From Gemmatimonadota bacterium (lineage in GTDB: Bacteria; Gemmatimonadota; Gemmatimonadetes; Palauibacterales; Palauibacteraceae), in the NCBI GenBank assembly GCA_039588275.1, contig JBDHAC010000028.1, positions 10,007 through 74,006 of the forward strand: a stretch of DNA of 64,000 nucleotides. The letters run 5' to 3'. Under the pieces are notes generated by a model. The model ran no database searches. It saw nothing but the letters and a program-made list of their open reading frames with translations, and was not told where the DNA came from. Positions 19,699 to 28,478 of the stretch are shown here, in pieces. The translations under genes and the position numbers were made by a program. Every line of letters begins with the position of its first letter. Position 1 is the first letter of the stretch.

Positions 19699-19741
19699 CC
19701 GAACGGAAACCGAATATACCCGAATAAGTACCGAAGTGCAA
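19699..19741 (-). promoter_or_regulatory. Sigma70-type lexA promoter overlapped by four TTCGG direct repeats (candidate LexA operator)
   Basis: Minus strand reads TTGCAC-17 nt-TATATT (19741-19713). CCGAA occurs at 19699, 19710, 19720 and 19731. Confidence 0.7.
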
Positions 19742-21403
19742 GCCCGCAAGACGCTCGGGCGAGCGACGATCTTCATCCTTCTTACGAGCGCTCCGATCCT
19801 CTCGGCGCTCGTGTCGTCGGCGCTCGTGTCGGCGGTCGTGGGGGCGGAGGCCGACGGACGACCGCGCGAGGCGGTCGACGGCCAGCCGCTCGTTACAGCG
19901 CTGGTCGACGTGAACGTCGTCCCGCTCGACGGGGAGCGCGTGCTCGAAGGCTCCACCGTGATCGTGGAGGGAGATCGGATCGTGACGGTCGGCCCGGTGG
20001 AGACGGTCGCCGTTCCCGAGGGGGCGATCGTGGTCGAAGGAGCGGGTGGCTACCTGATCCCCGGATTGGCCGACATGCACTTCCACGCCGACGGCCGGCC
20101 CGAGGCGTTCATGCTCGCGGTCGCGCACGGCGTGACGACCGTACGCAACCTGAACGCGCGGCGGCGGGACCTCGATGTGACGCGGCGCATCGCCGACGGT
20201 GAGCTCATCGGACCGAGCGTGTACAACGGACCGAGCCTGGCTGGGGTGCCCCCCGCATACATGCCGATCGTCCGGGCCTACCAGTTCGTGCTCGCCGCGG
20301 CGCTGGGCCTGGGGGCGCTCGCGATCCTTTGGATCGGGACCCGGGCCACGCGCCGCCGCGCAGCGCCGTCGTGGCGAAGAGCTCGAGTCCCGGTCGGAGT
20401 CGGGCTCTTCCTGATCGGGGTCGCCGGGGCCGTGTTGGGGTTCCCCTCTCCGGAGCCGTTGCTTCGCGCCCTCGGCGGTGACGACGTGACGCTGTCACCC
20501 GACCGGGCGCGGGAGATCGTGCTCGACCACCGGGCGATGGGAGCCGACTTCATCAAGGTAAACCAGTTCCTGCGCCGCGACGTGTTCGATGCGATCGTCT
20601 CGGCCGCCACCAGCGCGGGGTTCCCCGTGATCGGGCACGTCTCGGGCGACGTCGGACTCGAGCACGCGCTCGCCTCGGGTGTGGAGATCCAGCACACGAC
20701 CGAGATCGCCCCGTATCTATCCCGGGACGAGAGGTACGACGACCCGCGCCAGAGGTTCGACCTGCTCGAGGCGGACGCGAAGATGGATCGCACGGTCGAG
20801 CTGATTCGAGAGGCCGGGGTGGCGTTCACACCGACCCTGAGTCTGTACGACCACATCGATACTCACCTGCAGGCCGATCTCTTCTATCAGCTCATGGGCC
20901 GGCCCGAGGTCCGCCTCATGCCTCCGAGCTACACCGACGACTGGCACGATCCAGGCCGGAATCCGGTCCTACGACGGTTCGATGCGGCCGACCGCCTGTA
21001 CGTTTCCCGTTATCTGGACGTCCAGAACCGGCTGGTCCAGGAGCTGTCGCGCGCCGGGGTCCCGATCCTCGCGGGCACCGACGTGACGGCCGTCCCGGGC
21101 GCCGTATGGGGCGAATCCCTGCACCGCGAGCTGGAGTTGCTGGTCGGCGCGGGTCTCACGCCCTACGAGGCGCTGTCTGCCGCGAGCTGGGTGGCGGCCG
21201 GGGCCCTCGGCGAGCTCGAGTATTGGGGCACGATCGGTCCGGGGATGCAGGCGGACCTCGTCCTATTGGCTGGCAATCCGCTGGAAAACGTCTCCCGCAC
21301 GCGCGATCGTGTGGGCGTCATGCTGCGCGGCAGGTGGTATCCGCAATCGGAGTTGGAGCGCGTGCTGGATCAGGTAGAGGCGTCCTACGCGGTGGAGAAT
21401 TGA
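19736..21403 (+). CDS. Amidohydrolase family protein with signal peptide and an internal two-TM insertion
   Basis: GGYLIPGLADMHFH, HGVTTVR, FIKV, IGHV, IQH, LAGTD, GTIGPGMQADLVLL motifs. Start uncertain. Confidence 0.85.
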   Translation: MQARKTLGRATIFILLTSAPILSALVSSALVSAVVGAEADGRPREAVDGQPLVTALVDVNVVPLDGERVLEGSTVIVEGDRIVTVGPVETVAVPEGAIVVEGAGGYLIPGLADMHFHADGRPEAFMLAVAHGVTTVRNLNARRRDLDVTRRIADGELIGPSVYNGPSLAGVPPAYMPIVRAYQFVLAAALGLGALAILWIGTRATRRRAAPSWRRARVPVGVGLFLIGVAGAVLGFPSPEPLLRALGGDDVTLSPDRAREIVLDHRAMGADFIKVNQFLRRDVFDAIVSAATSAGFPVIGHVSGDVGLEHALASGVEIQHTTEIAPYLSRDERYDDPRQRFDLLEADAKMDRTVELIREAGVAFTPTLSLYDHIDTHLQADLFYQLMGRPEVRLMPPSYTDDWHDPGRNPVLRRFDAADRLYVSRYLDVQNRLVQELSRAGVPILAGTDVTAVPGAVWGESLHRELELLVGAGLTPYEALSAASWVAAGALGELEYWGTIGPGMQADLVLLAGNPLENVSRTRDRVGVMLRGRWYPQSELERVLDQVEASYAVEN

Positions 21404-22251
21404 TCCTCGACGAGATCATCGAGAGCAAGCGAGCCGAGGTCGCGTGGCTCGCCGGGGCCGCCGCGGATCTCGAAGCCGCGGCCGCCGCTGCCGGCCCGCC
21501 GCGCGGATTCGACGCGGCGCTTCGCGCCCCGGGATCCGTCTCGGTGATCGCGGAATTCAAGCGGCGGTCACCTTCCGAGGGTGACATCAATCCCTACGCC
21601 GACGTCGCGGGCGTGGCCCGGGCGTACGAGCGGGGTGGAGCGGCGGCGGCCTCGGTTCTCACCGACGGTCCCTATTTCGGCGGAGAGCTCGCGGACCTGC
21701 GACGCGCCCGCGACGCGTCCGGGCTGCCGCTCCTCCGGAAAGACTTTCTCATCGATCCCCTGCAGCTATACGAGTCGAGGGCGGCGGGCGCGGATGCGGT
21801 TCTGCTCATCGTCAAGGCGCTCTCCGACGGCACCCTGCGCGAGTTGCGCGCTGGGGCCGAGGACCTCGGCATGTCCGCGCTGGTCGAGGCACACGATGCG
21901 GCTGAGATCGAGCGCGCCCTGGATGCCGGCGCCCGCATCGTGGGCGTGAACGCGCGCGACCTGCAGACGTTCGATGTGGATCTCGAAGCGTCCCTGAACT
22001 TGATCGAAGAGATCCCCGGCGACGTGATCGCGGTCGCGGAGAGCGGTGTCCGCGGTGGAGCGGACGTAGAGCGTGCGGGGCGGGCCGGAGCCGACGCCGT
22101 ACTCGTGGGAGGCTGGCTCATGAAGAGCGATCCGCGCCGTGGTGTCGAAGAGCTGGCCGGTCATCGAAGACGCCCCCGGGCAGGGTGCGAAGACCCGGCC
22201 GGGACGCCGTTCGACGGGGAAGAAGCCGGGGACACGGCGTGGTCCGGGTGA
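21400..22251 (+). CDS. trpC: Indole-3-glycerol phosphate synthase
   Basis: TTG at 21400 overlapping the upstream stop gives MILDEIIESK. IAEFKRRSPSEG, SVLTDGPYFGG, LRKDFLID, GVNARDL, AESG motifs. Confidence 0.95.
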   Translation: MILDEIIESKRAEVAWLAGAAADLEAAAAAAGPPRGFDAALRAPGSVSVIAEFKRRSPSEGDINPYADVAGVARAYERGGAAAASVLTDGPYFGGELADLRRARDASGLPLLRKDFLIDPLQLYESRAAGADAVLLIVKALSDGTLRELRAGAEDLGMSALVEAHDAAEIERALDAGARIVGVNARDLQTFDVDLEASLNLIEEIPGDVIAVAESGVRGGADVERAGRAGADAVLVGGWLMKSDPRRGVEELAGHRRRPRAGCEDPAGTPFDGEEAGDTAWSG

Positions 22252-22922
22252 AGATCTGCGGGTGTCGAAGGCCCGTGGACGCGATGGCCGCTGCGGACGC
22301 GGGAGCCGCCTACGCGGGTGTCGTGTTCGCCGAGCGCCTGCGTCGCGTCACGCCTGCCGAAGCTGCCGAGATCCTCGCGCCTGCCCGTGGCCGCCTGCGT
22401 GCCGTCGGCGTCTTCGTGGACGCCGGCGACGACGAGGTCCTTTCCATACGGGAGGTGACGGGGTTGGATATCGTGCAGCTCCACGGCCGCGAGCCGGCCG
22501 AGTCGTGCGCGGCTCTGCGAGAAGCGGGCCTCGAGGTGTGGAAGGCCCTCCGCCCCCGCACCGCCGAGGAGCTCGCCGCGGGGCTGGATCGCTACGCCGG
22601 CGCCGTGGATGCGATCCTCGTGGAGGGGTTCTCGGGGGCGGCCGCCGGTGGCACCGGCACCGGCTTTCCCATCGAGTGGATCGCGCCATTGCGGGAGCAG
22701 CTCGCCTCGGATGACGAGGCGCGGCCTGCGGATGCACCGGGAGACGGCGTCGTGCGACCACGGTTCGTGCTGGCGGGCGGACTCACGCCCGAGAATGTCC
22801 GCGACGCGATCCGGCGCGCGCGTCCTTCGATCGTCGATGTGAGCAGCGGTGTCGAGCGTGCTCCAGGCGAGAAAGACCCTACACTCATCGAGCGCTTCGT
22901 GAGCGCGGCTCGCTCCCTCTGA
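22239..22922 (+). CDS. trpF: Phosphoribosylanthranilate isomerase
   Basis: VKICG, VGVFVD, VQLHGRE, GGTG, LAGGLTPENV, VDVSSGVE. Start is GTG 22239 or 22248. Confidence 0.93.
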   Translation: MVRVKICGCRRPVDAMAAADAGAAYAGVVFAERLRRVTPAEAAEILAPARGRLRAVGVFVDAGDDEVLSIREVTGLDIVQLHGREPAESCAALREAGLEVWKALRPRTAEELAAGLDRYAGAVDAILVEGFSGAAAGGTGTGFPIEWIAPLREQLASDDEARPADAPGDGVVRPRFVLAGGLTPENVRDAIRRARPSIVDVSSGVERAPGEKDPTLIERFVSAARSL

Positions 22923-23090
22923 GACTGTTCTGCAGCCCGGGCCAAAAGCCGATCCCGGGACCGGCCCCGAGAATCCTCCGAGGGCCGTGTCAGCCGTCTT
23001 TCGCATCCCAAAAAGGCCGTCATATTGCGCGTGCGACCCGCGGCTCACGTATCGGGCCGCTCCGGAGACGGTCGGTGGGAGGAGATTCGC

Positions 23091-25790
23091 ATGATACGAT
23101 CGCTCGTTCACGAGCCTCACAAGATAAAGACGGTTCGCCCCGCGTCGTTCCCCAGCCTTCAGGAGCGCAAGAAGTACCTGGCGGAGGCGCATTTCAACGT
23201 CTTCAACCTGACTCCCTCACAGGTCGGCTTCGACATGTGCTCCCTGGGGACCAGCGCCATGACCCAGGAGCAGTTGTCGGGGCAGCTGATCGGGGATGAG
23301 GCCTACGCCGGGGCCAGAAACTTCGAGCACCTGAAGAACGCGGTCCGCGACGTATTGGGGCATACCTACGTGTGTCCCACGCACAACATTCTCGGGTGCG
23401 TCAAGCTGGTGACGGCCACCATGGTCCCGGCGGGCTCGGTGGTCCCTTCGAACGCTCGCACGCGGACCGACATTCTGGCTCCGCGCCAGGTGAGTGTCCC
23501 GGACATTCGGGATCACAGCGAAGAGATCTTCACCGGTAGCGTCGATCTCGCCCGCCTGGAGGAGACCCTCGAGGAGGGGAACGTTGCGCTCATCAGCGTG
23601 CACGCGTTCGCGGACGGGCAGCACCCGTTCAGCCTCGGGAACCTGCGAGCGGTGCGCGCGCTCGCGGACCGATACGGGGTACGGCTCGTCCTGGACGGAT
23701 CGCGGGTGATCGAGAACGCCTGGTACATCCAACATCACGAGCCCGGGGTGGCCTCGCACGGCATCGCGGCCCTCGTGAAGCAGATCGCCAAGACGGCGCA
23801 CGTGTTCCAGATCGACGGCGCACAGGACCCCAAGTGCCCCACCGGCGGATTGCTGGCCACCGACAACCCGCAGGACCACGAGCACTTCATGAACGAGGTG
23901 GTGGTCTACGAAGGTCTCCACACCTACGGCGGCATGGCCGGACGAACGATGGAGGTCCTCGCTCGCGGCCTCGAGGAGATGTGCCTGGAGGATGAGGTGC
24001 AGTGGGTGATGCAGCAGACGGAGCGCTTCAGCGAGCGTCTGCGGGGCGCGGGTGTCCCGCGCGAGCGCGGGTGTGACGGGGCGTACGTCCGCGCCGACGC
24101 CTTCTTCCCCCATCTCGAGCGATTCCAGCAGGACGCGTTTTCGGCCGCCCTATACGAGATGTCGGGCGTACGGGCGCTGGCTCACGGTCGAGTCGGCCGC
24201 GATCAGATCGTCCCGGTACAGATCCCGCGCCTGGCGATGACGAGCCGGCAACTGGACCAGGTGGCGGACGCGATCATCAGCCTGTATCGGCAGCGGGAGA
24301 TGGTTCCGCCTCTCGAGCCGGCGCGAGACGGGCGCTGGCGGGACCAGATGCGGTACCGGTGGGTGTACTCGGACCTCGAGCCATACGAGTTCGATACCTA
24401 CCCCTTCCTGATCCACACCGTAGAGCGCATCGGGCGGTTGAGTCGGCGAGAACGGCAGCAGGCCATCCGCGAGGCGGGATACAACACGTTCCTCCTCCGC
24501 TCGGCCGATGTCACGATCGACCTGCTGACCGACTCGGGCACGTCGGCGATGAGCACCGATCAGTGGGCGGCCTACGATGGGGCGCGTGCGACCCCGACCA
24601 CGTCCGACGAGTACCTGCACCTGGTGGACGTTCTGCGCGAGGCCACGGGCTACGAGCACATCATCCCCACGCACCAGGGCCGGGCGGCCGAACAAATACT
24701 CTCGGAGATCATGATTCAGCCGGGTCAGATCGTGCCCGGGAACATGTATTTCACCACTACGAAGCTCCACCAGGAGCTTGCGGGGGGGATCTTCCGGGAC
24801 GTCATCGTGGATGAGGCTCACGATCCGCAGAGCGACTTCCCGTGGAAGGGGAACATCGCTCTGCCCAAGCTCGAGGCTCTGGTCGAAGAGCACGGCGCCG
24901 AGAAGATCTCCTACATTTCGTTCGAGCACTCGGTGAACATGGCCGGGGGCGAGCCCGTGTCGATGGACAACATGCGGGAGGTGTACGCCTACTGCTCCAG
25001 CCACGACATCCCGGTGTTCTTCGACGCCACCCGCATGGTGGAGAACGCCTACATGATCCAGCAGCGGGACCCGCACTACGAGAGTACGCGCGTGCGCGAC
25101 ATCCTGCGCGAAATGCTCCTGTACGGTGACGGGTGCACGGTGTCGGGGAAGAAGGACTTCCTGATCAACATCGGTGGCCTGCTGGCGTTCAAGGACAACG
25201 CCGAGTGGCGGGAGCTCGCGGAGGAGAAGATTCGCATCTACGAGGGGAAGGTCACCGATGGAGGGCTGGCGGCCTCCGACCTGGCGGCCATCGCGGTCGG
25301 CGTGCAGGAGATGCTGGACGATCGGTACATCCGGTCTCGAGTCCGCCAGACCGAGGCGCTCGGTCAGATGCTCCTGGACGCCGGCGTACCCATCGTCACG
25401 CCGCCGGGGACCCATGCCATCTTCCTGGACGCGAAGCGCTTCCTGTCCCATATCGACCAGGATGAGTATCCGGCCCAGCGGCTGGCGGCCGAGATCTACG
25501 TGGAGACGGGGGTGCGAGCGATGGAGCGCGGAAACGTCTCGAAAGGCCGCGATCCCGAGACCGGTGACAACTATCGGCCTCCGCTTGAGCTCGTGCGGCT
25601 GACGATTCCTCGCCGGGTGTATACGCGAGACCACATGAGGGCCGTGGCGGACGGCATCATCCGGCTGTACGAGAAGCGCGACGAGATCCAGGGGCTCAGG
25701 TTCGTGTACGAGCCGGACAAGCTCCGGTTCTTCCAGGGCCGGTTCGAGCCGGTCGAAGCCGGCGAGAGCGCGATCCCGGCCGGAGCCTAG
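23091..25790 (+). CDS. Tandem two-domain tyrosine phenol-lyase/tryptophanase-family beta-eliminating lyase (899 aa)
   Basis: ATG at 23091 with GGAGGAG SD. Two ~450-aa homologous halves. The C-half has [49 protein letters not shown] and LRFF. The N-half has GDEAYAG and [13 protein letters not shown] but DGAQD in place of SGKKD. Confidence 0.92.
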   Translation: MIRSLVHEPHKIKTVRPASFPSLQERKKYLAEAHFNVFNLTPSQVGFDMCSLGTSAMTQEQLSGQLIGDEAYAGARNFEHLKNAVRDVLGHTYVCPTHNILGCVKLVTATMVPAGSVVPSNARTRTDILAPRQVSVPDIRDHSEEIFTGSVDLARLEETLEEGNVALISVHAFADGQHPFSLGNLRAVRALADRYGVRLVLDGSRVIENAWYIQHHEPGVASHGIAALVKQIAKTAHVFQIDGAQDPKCPTGGLLATDNPQDHEHFMNEVVVYEGLHTYGGMAGRTMEVLARGLEEMCLEDEVQWVMQQTERFSERLRGAGVPRERGCDGAYVRADAFFPHLERFQQDAFSAALYEMSGVRALAHGRVGRDQIVPVQIPRLAMTSRQLDQVADAIISLYRQREMVPPLEPARDGRWRDQMRYRWVYSDLEPYEFDTYPFLIHTVERIGRLSRRERQQAIREAGYNTFLLRSADVTIDLLTDSGTSAMSTDQWAAYDGARATPTTSDEYLHLVDVLREATGYEHIIPTHQGRAAEQILSEIMIQPGQIVPGNMYFTTTKLHQELAGGIFRDVIVDEAHDPQSDFPWKGNIALPKLEALVEEHGAEKISYISFEHSVNMAGGEPVSMDNMREVYAYCSSHDIPVFFDATRMVENAYMIQQRDPHYESTRVRDILREMLLYGDGCTVSGKKDFLINIGGLLAFKDNAEWRELAEEKIRIYEGKVTDGGLAASDLAAIAVGVQEMLDDRYIRSRVRQTEALGQMLLDAGVPIVTPPGTHAIFLDAKRFLSHIDQDEYPAQRLAAEIYVETGVRAMERGNVSKGRDPETGDNYRPPLELVRLTIPRRVYTRDHMRAVADGIIRLYEKRDEIQGLRFVYEPDKLRFFQGRFEPVEAGESAIPAGA

Positions 25791-25839
25791 CCCGGTCGAA
25801 CCGCAGCCGATCGAAGCACAGCCCATAGAAAGGGGTTCG

Positions 25840-27078
25840 ATGCCCGACGAGCGCGACACGCTGACCGCCCCTGGTGGAGACGGCTGGTTCGGTTCATACG
25901 GCGGGCGCTTCGTACCCGAAACGCTGATTCCGGCGCTGGATGAGTTGAGCGCCGCGTGGGCGGCGGCGTGCTCCGACCCCGAATTCCGGCGCGAGCTCGA
26001 CCAGCTGCTGCGCGAGTTCGCGGGGCGCCCCACAGCGATGTACGAAGCCCGACGACTTGGCGACGCTCTGGGCGGCGTACGCGTGTGGCTCAAGCGCGAG
26101 GACCTGTGCCACACGGGGGCCCACAAGATCAACAACACGGTGGGACAGGCGCTGCTCGCCCGGCGTATGGGGAAGGAGCGGGTCATCGCCGAAACCGGGG
26201 CGGGCCAGCACGGCGTGGCCACGGCGACCGCGTGCGCGCTGTTCGGGTTCGAGTGCGTCGTGTACATGGGCAAGGAGGACATGCGCCGTCAGGCCCTCAA
26301 CGTGGAGCGCATGCGGCTCCTCGGGGCGGAAGTGCGTCAGGTAGACAGCGGCACGCGCACGCTGAAGGACGCCACCAACGAGGCCATTCGAGACTGGGTC
26401 GAGACGGTCGAGACGACGCACTACATCATCGGCTCGGTCGTAGGGCCGGCGCCATATCCGGAGATGGTGCGCGACTTCCAGCGGGTGATCGGGGACGAGG
26501 CCTCAGAGCAAATGACGGCCCGCGGGGTCGAGCCCGCAGCCGCCTTTGCGTGCGTCGGCGGCGGGTCCAATTCGATCGGGTTGTTCACCGCTTTTCTGGG
26601 TCGGGGCGAGGTCGAGCTCGTCGGCGTCGAGGCGGCGGGCGAAGGGGTCGATACGGGCCGCCATGCCGCCTCGCTGGGCGCCGGGATCCCGGGGGTGCTG
26701 CACGGCTCGTACAGCTATCTGCTGCAGGATGAGGATGGACAGGTGAAGCCGGCACACTCGGTCTCGGCGGGGCTGGACTACCCCGGCGTCGGCCCGGAGC
26801 ACTCGCAGCTCCGCGACAGCGGCCGCGTCCGGTATGAATCGGTCACCGACGCACAGGCGCTCGAGGCCTTCGAGGCGCTGTGTCGCCACGAGGGCATCAT
26901 CCCGGCCCTCGAAAGCGCGCACGCGCTCGCGCGGCTGGCGGCGGAGAAGGAACGCTGGGCGGGCCGCGATGTGCTCGTGTGCCTGAGCGGCCGGGGCGAC
27001 AAGGACGTCGGAGAGGTGGCGGCGCTGATCGGCCGGAAGCTCCCGGCGGGTCTCCAGAGCTCCTCAGTCTCGGACTGA
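25840..27078 (+). CDS. trpB: Tryptophan synthase beta chain
   Basis: [73 protein letters not shown]. Confidence 0.98.
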   Translation: MPDERDTLTAPGGDGWFGSYGGRFVPETLIPALDELSAAWAAACSDPEFRRELDQLLREFAGRPTAMYEARRLGDALGGVRVWLKREDLCHTGAHKINNTVGQALLARRMGKERVIAETGAGQHGVATATACALFGFECVVYMGKEDMRRQALNVERMRLLGAEVRQVDSGTRTLKDATNEAIRDWVETVETTHYIIGSVVGPAPYPEMVRDFQRVIGDEASEQMTARGVEPAAAFACVGGGSNSIGLFTAFLGRGEVELVGVEAAGEGVDTGRHAASLGAGIPGVLHGSYSYLLQDEDGQVKPAHSVSAGLDYPGVGPEHSQLRDSGRVRYESVTDAQALEAFEALCRHEGIIPALESAHALARLAAEKERWAGRDVLVCLSGRGDKDVGEVAALIGRKLPAGLQSSSVSD

Positions 27079-27111
27079 CAGCTGAATCGTCGACCCGAGG
27101 GGGTCCACCGA

Positions 27112-27714
27112 ATGGCATTCATCGATTACGTGAACGAGGACGAGATCCCACCCGAAGACCGGGTGCCGGACCACGACAACATCGTCCGCATTCACGGCGT
27201 ACACAGCCACACCATGCGCCAGCACTACGATCTGTATCGCGAGCTGATGTACGCGAAGGGGCCACTCACTCGAATCCAGCGCGAGATGATCGCTGTCGTC
27301 GTGTCGGCGGAGAATCGGTGCAAGTACTGACTGCTGCACCACGGGGAGGGTCTCCGTCGACTGCTGGAAGCCAAGGGGATGACCCCGGAGCCGCGAGAAG
27401 CGCTTCTCACCGCGCTGGCTATCGATCGGGAGGGTGCCGACCTGACGCCGCCCGACCGCGCGATGCTGGATTACGTCGTGAAGCTGACGCTGACGCCCGG
27501 TGATATCGGAGAAGCGGACGTCGATGCCCTGCGCGCGCACGGGTTCGACGATCGCGGGATCCACGATATCTGCGCCATCACGGCGTATTACGCGTTCGTA
27601 AATCGGATGGCCGACGGTCTCGGGGTCGAGCTCGAGCCCGACAGGAGCGACACGCTCGCGCGCGGACCCGGGTTCGATGGATCAGGCGGCGGCCAACCCG
27701 ACGGCGACGCATGA
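27112..27714 (+). CDS. AhpD/CMD-like peroxidase-related protein, predicted selenoprotein (CKYU)
   Basis: The track ORFs 27112..27330 and 27379..27714 are in one frame, separated only by TGA 27328-27330 in REMIAVVVSAENRCKY*LLHH, where the family has CxxC-xxH. The C-half has KLTLTPG...YAFVNRMADGLG. A hairpin follows at 27341-27357. Confidence 0.85.
27341..27357 (+). promoter_or_regulatory. Candidate bacterial SECIS element
   Basis: ACGGGGA-GGG-TCTCCGT stem-loop with G-rich apical loop about 17 nt downstream of the in-frame UGA. Confidence 0.55.
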
Positions 27715-28478
27715 TCGAGCTTCGCCGAGACGGTCGCGCGGGATTCATCCCGTTCCTCACGCATGGGTTCCCGACGCCCGAGGCCACACCGGGACTTCTT
27801 GCCACCCTCGCGAGCGCCGGCGCCGACGTGATCGAGCTGGGCGTGCCGTTCAGCGACCCGCTCGCCGACGGACCGACGATCCAGCGAGCGAGCTGGCGGG
27901 CGCTCGAGGGAGGGATAACGCTCGAGAGCACTCTCGATCTGGTGCGTGGACTCTCCGCCGACCTGCCCCCGATCGTGATCTTCAGTTATCTGAACCCCGT
28001 CCTGCGCATGGGGGTCGAGAGGTTCCTGGAGCGAGCCGAGGCCGCCGGGGCGGCGGGCCTGTTGATCACCGACTTGCCGGTCGGGACACACCCCGACCTG
28101 GAAGGTCGACTGGCCGCCTCGAAGCTCGACCTGATTCCGCTGGTCGCCCCCACGACTCCGAGGGCGCGACTCGAGACGATCGTCGGACACGCATCGGGCT
28201 TCCTTTACTACATATCCCGTCTCGGTGTGACCGGGGCGCGCGAAAGCCTCGACGAGGGCTTGGGGAGCAAGGTCGAGGAGCTGAGACGCCTGGTCGAGCT
28301 GCCGGTCGCCGTCGGCTTCGGAATCTCGACGGCCGAGCAGGCGAGAGCCGTGGCCGCGATCGCGGATGGAGTAGTCGTGGGATCCGCCCTCATCGCCGCC
28401 CTTGAGCGGGGCGAAGATTCGTTCGCCGCTCTGGCGCACGAGCTGGCCGGGGCTGTGCACGGGGATCCCGGTGACTGA
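27711..28478 (+). CDS. trpA: Tryptophan synthase alpha chain
   Basis: IELGVPFSDPLADGPTIQ, FSYLNP, LVAPTT, YYISRLGVTG, VGFGIS, DGVVVGSA. ATGA overlap with the upstream gene. Confidence 0.97.
   Translation: MIELRRDGRAGFIPFLTHGFPTPEATPGLLATLASAGADVIELGVPFSDPLADGPTIQRASWRALEGGITLESTLDLVRGLSADLPPIVIFSYLNPVLRMGVERFLERAEAAGAAGLLITDLPVGTHPDLEGRLAASKLDLIPLVAPTTPRARLETIVGHASGFLYYISRLGVTGARESLDEGLGSKVEELRRLVELPVAVGFGISTAEQARAVAAIADGVVVGSALIAALERGEDSFAALAHELAGAVHGDPGD

Noticed and set aside
23091..25790. Calling the double lyase tnaA (tryptophanase) because of its trp context
   Set aside because: Specificity signatures in the intact half (FTTT, MERG, LRFF) match tyrosine phenol-lyase. No symbol is assigned without an assay.
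27328..27330. Nonsense mutation / pseudogene reading of the CMD gene
   Set aside because: The TGA falls exactly on the redox Cys position, both halves are intact and a SECIS-like hairpin follows, so Sec recoding is more parsimonious.
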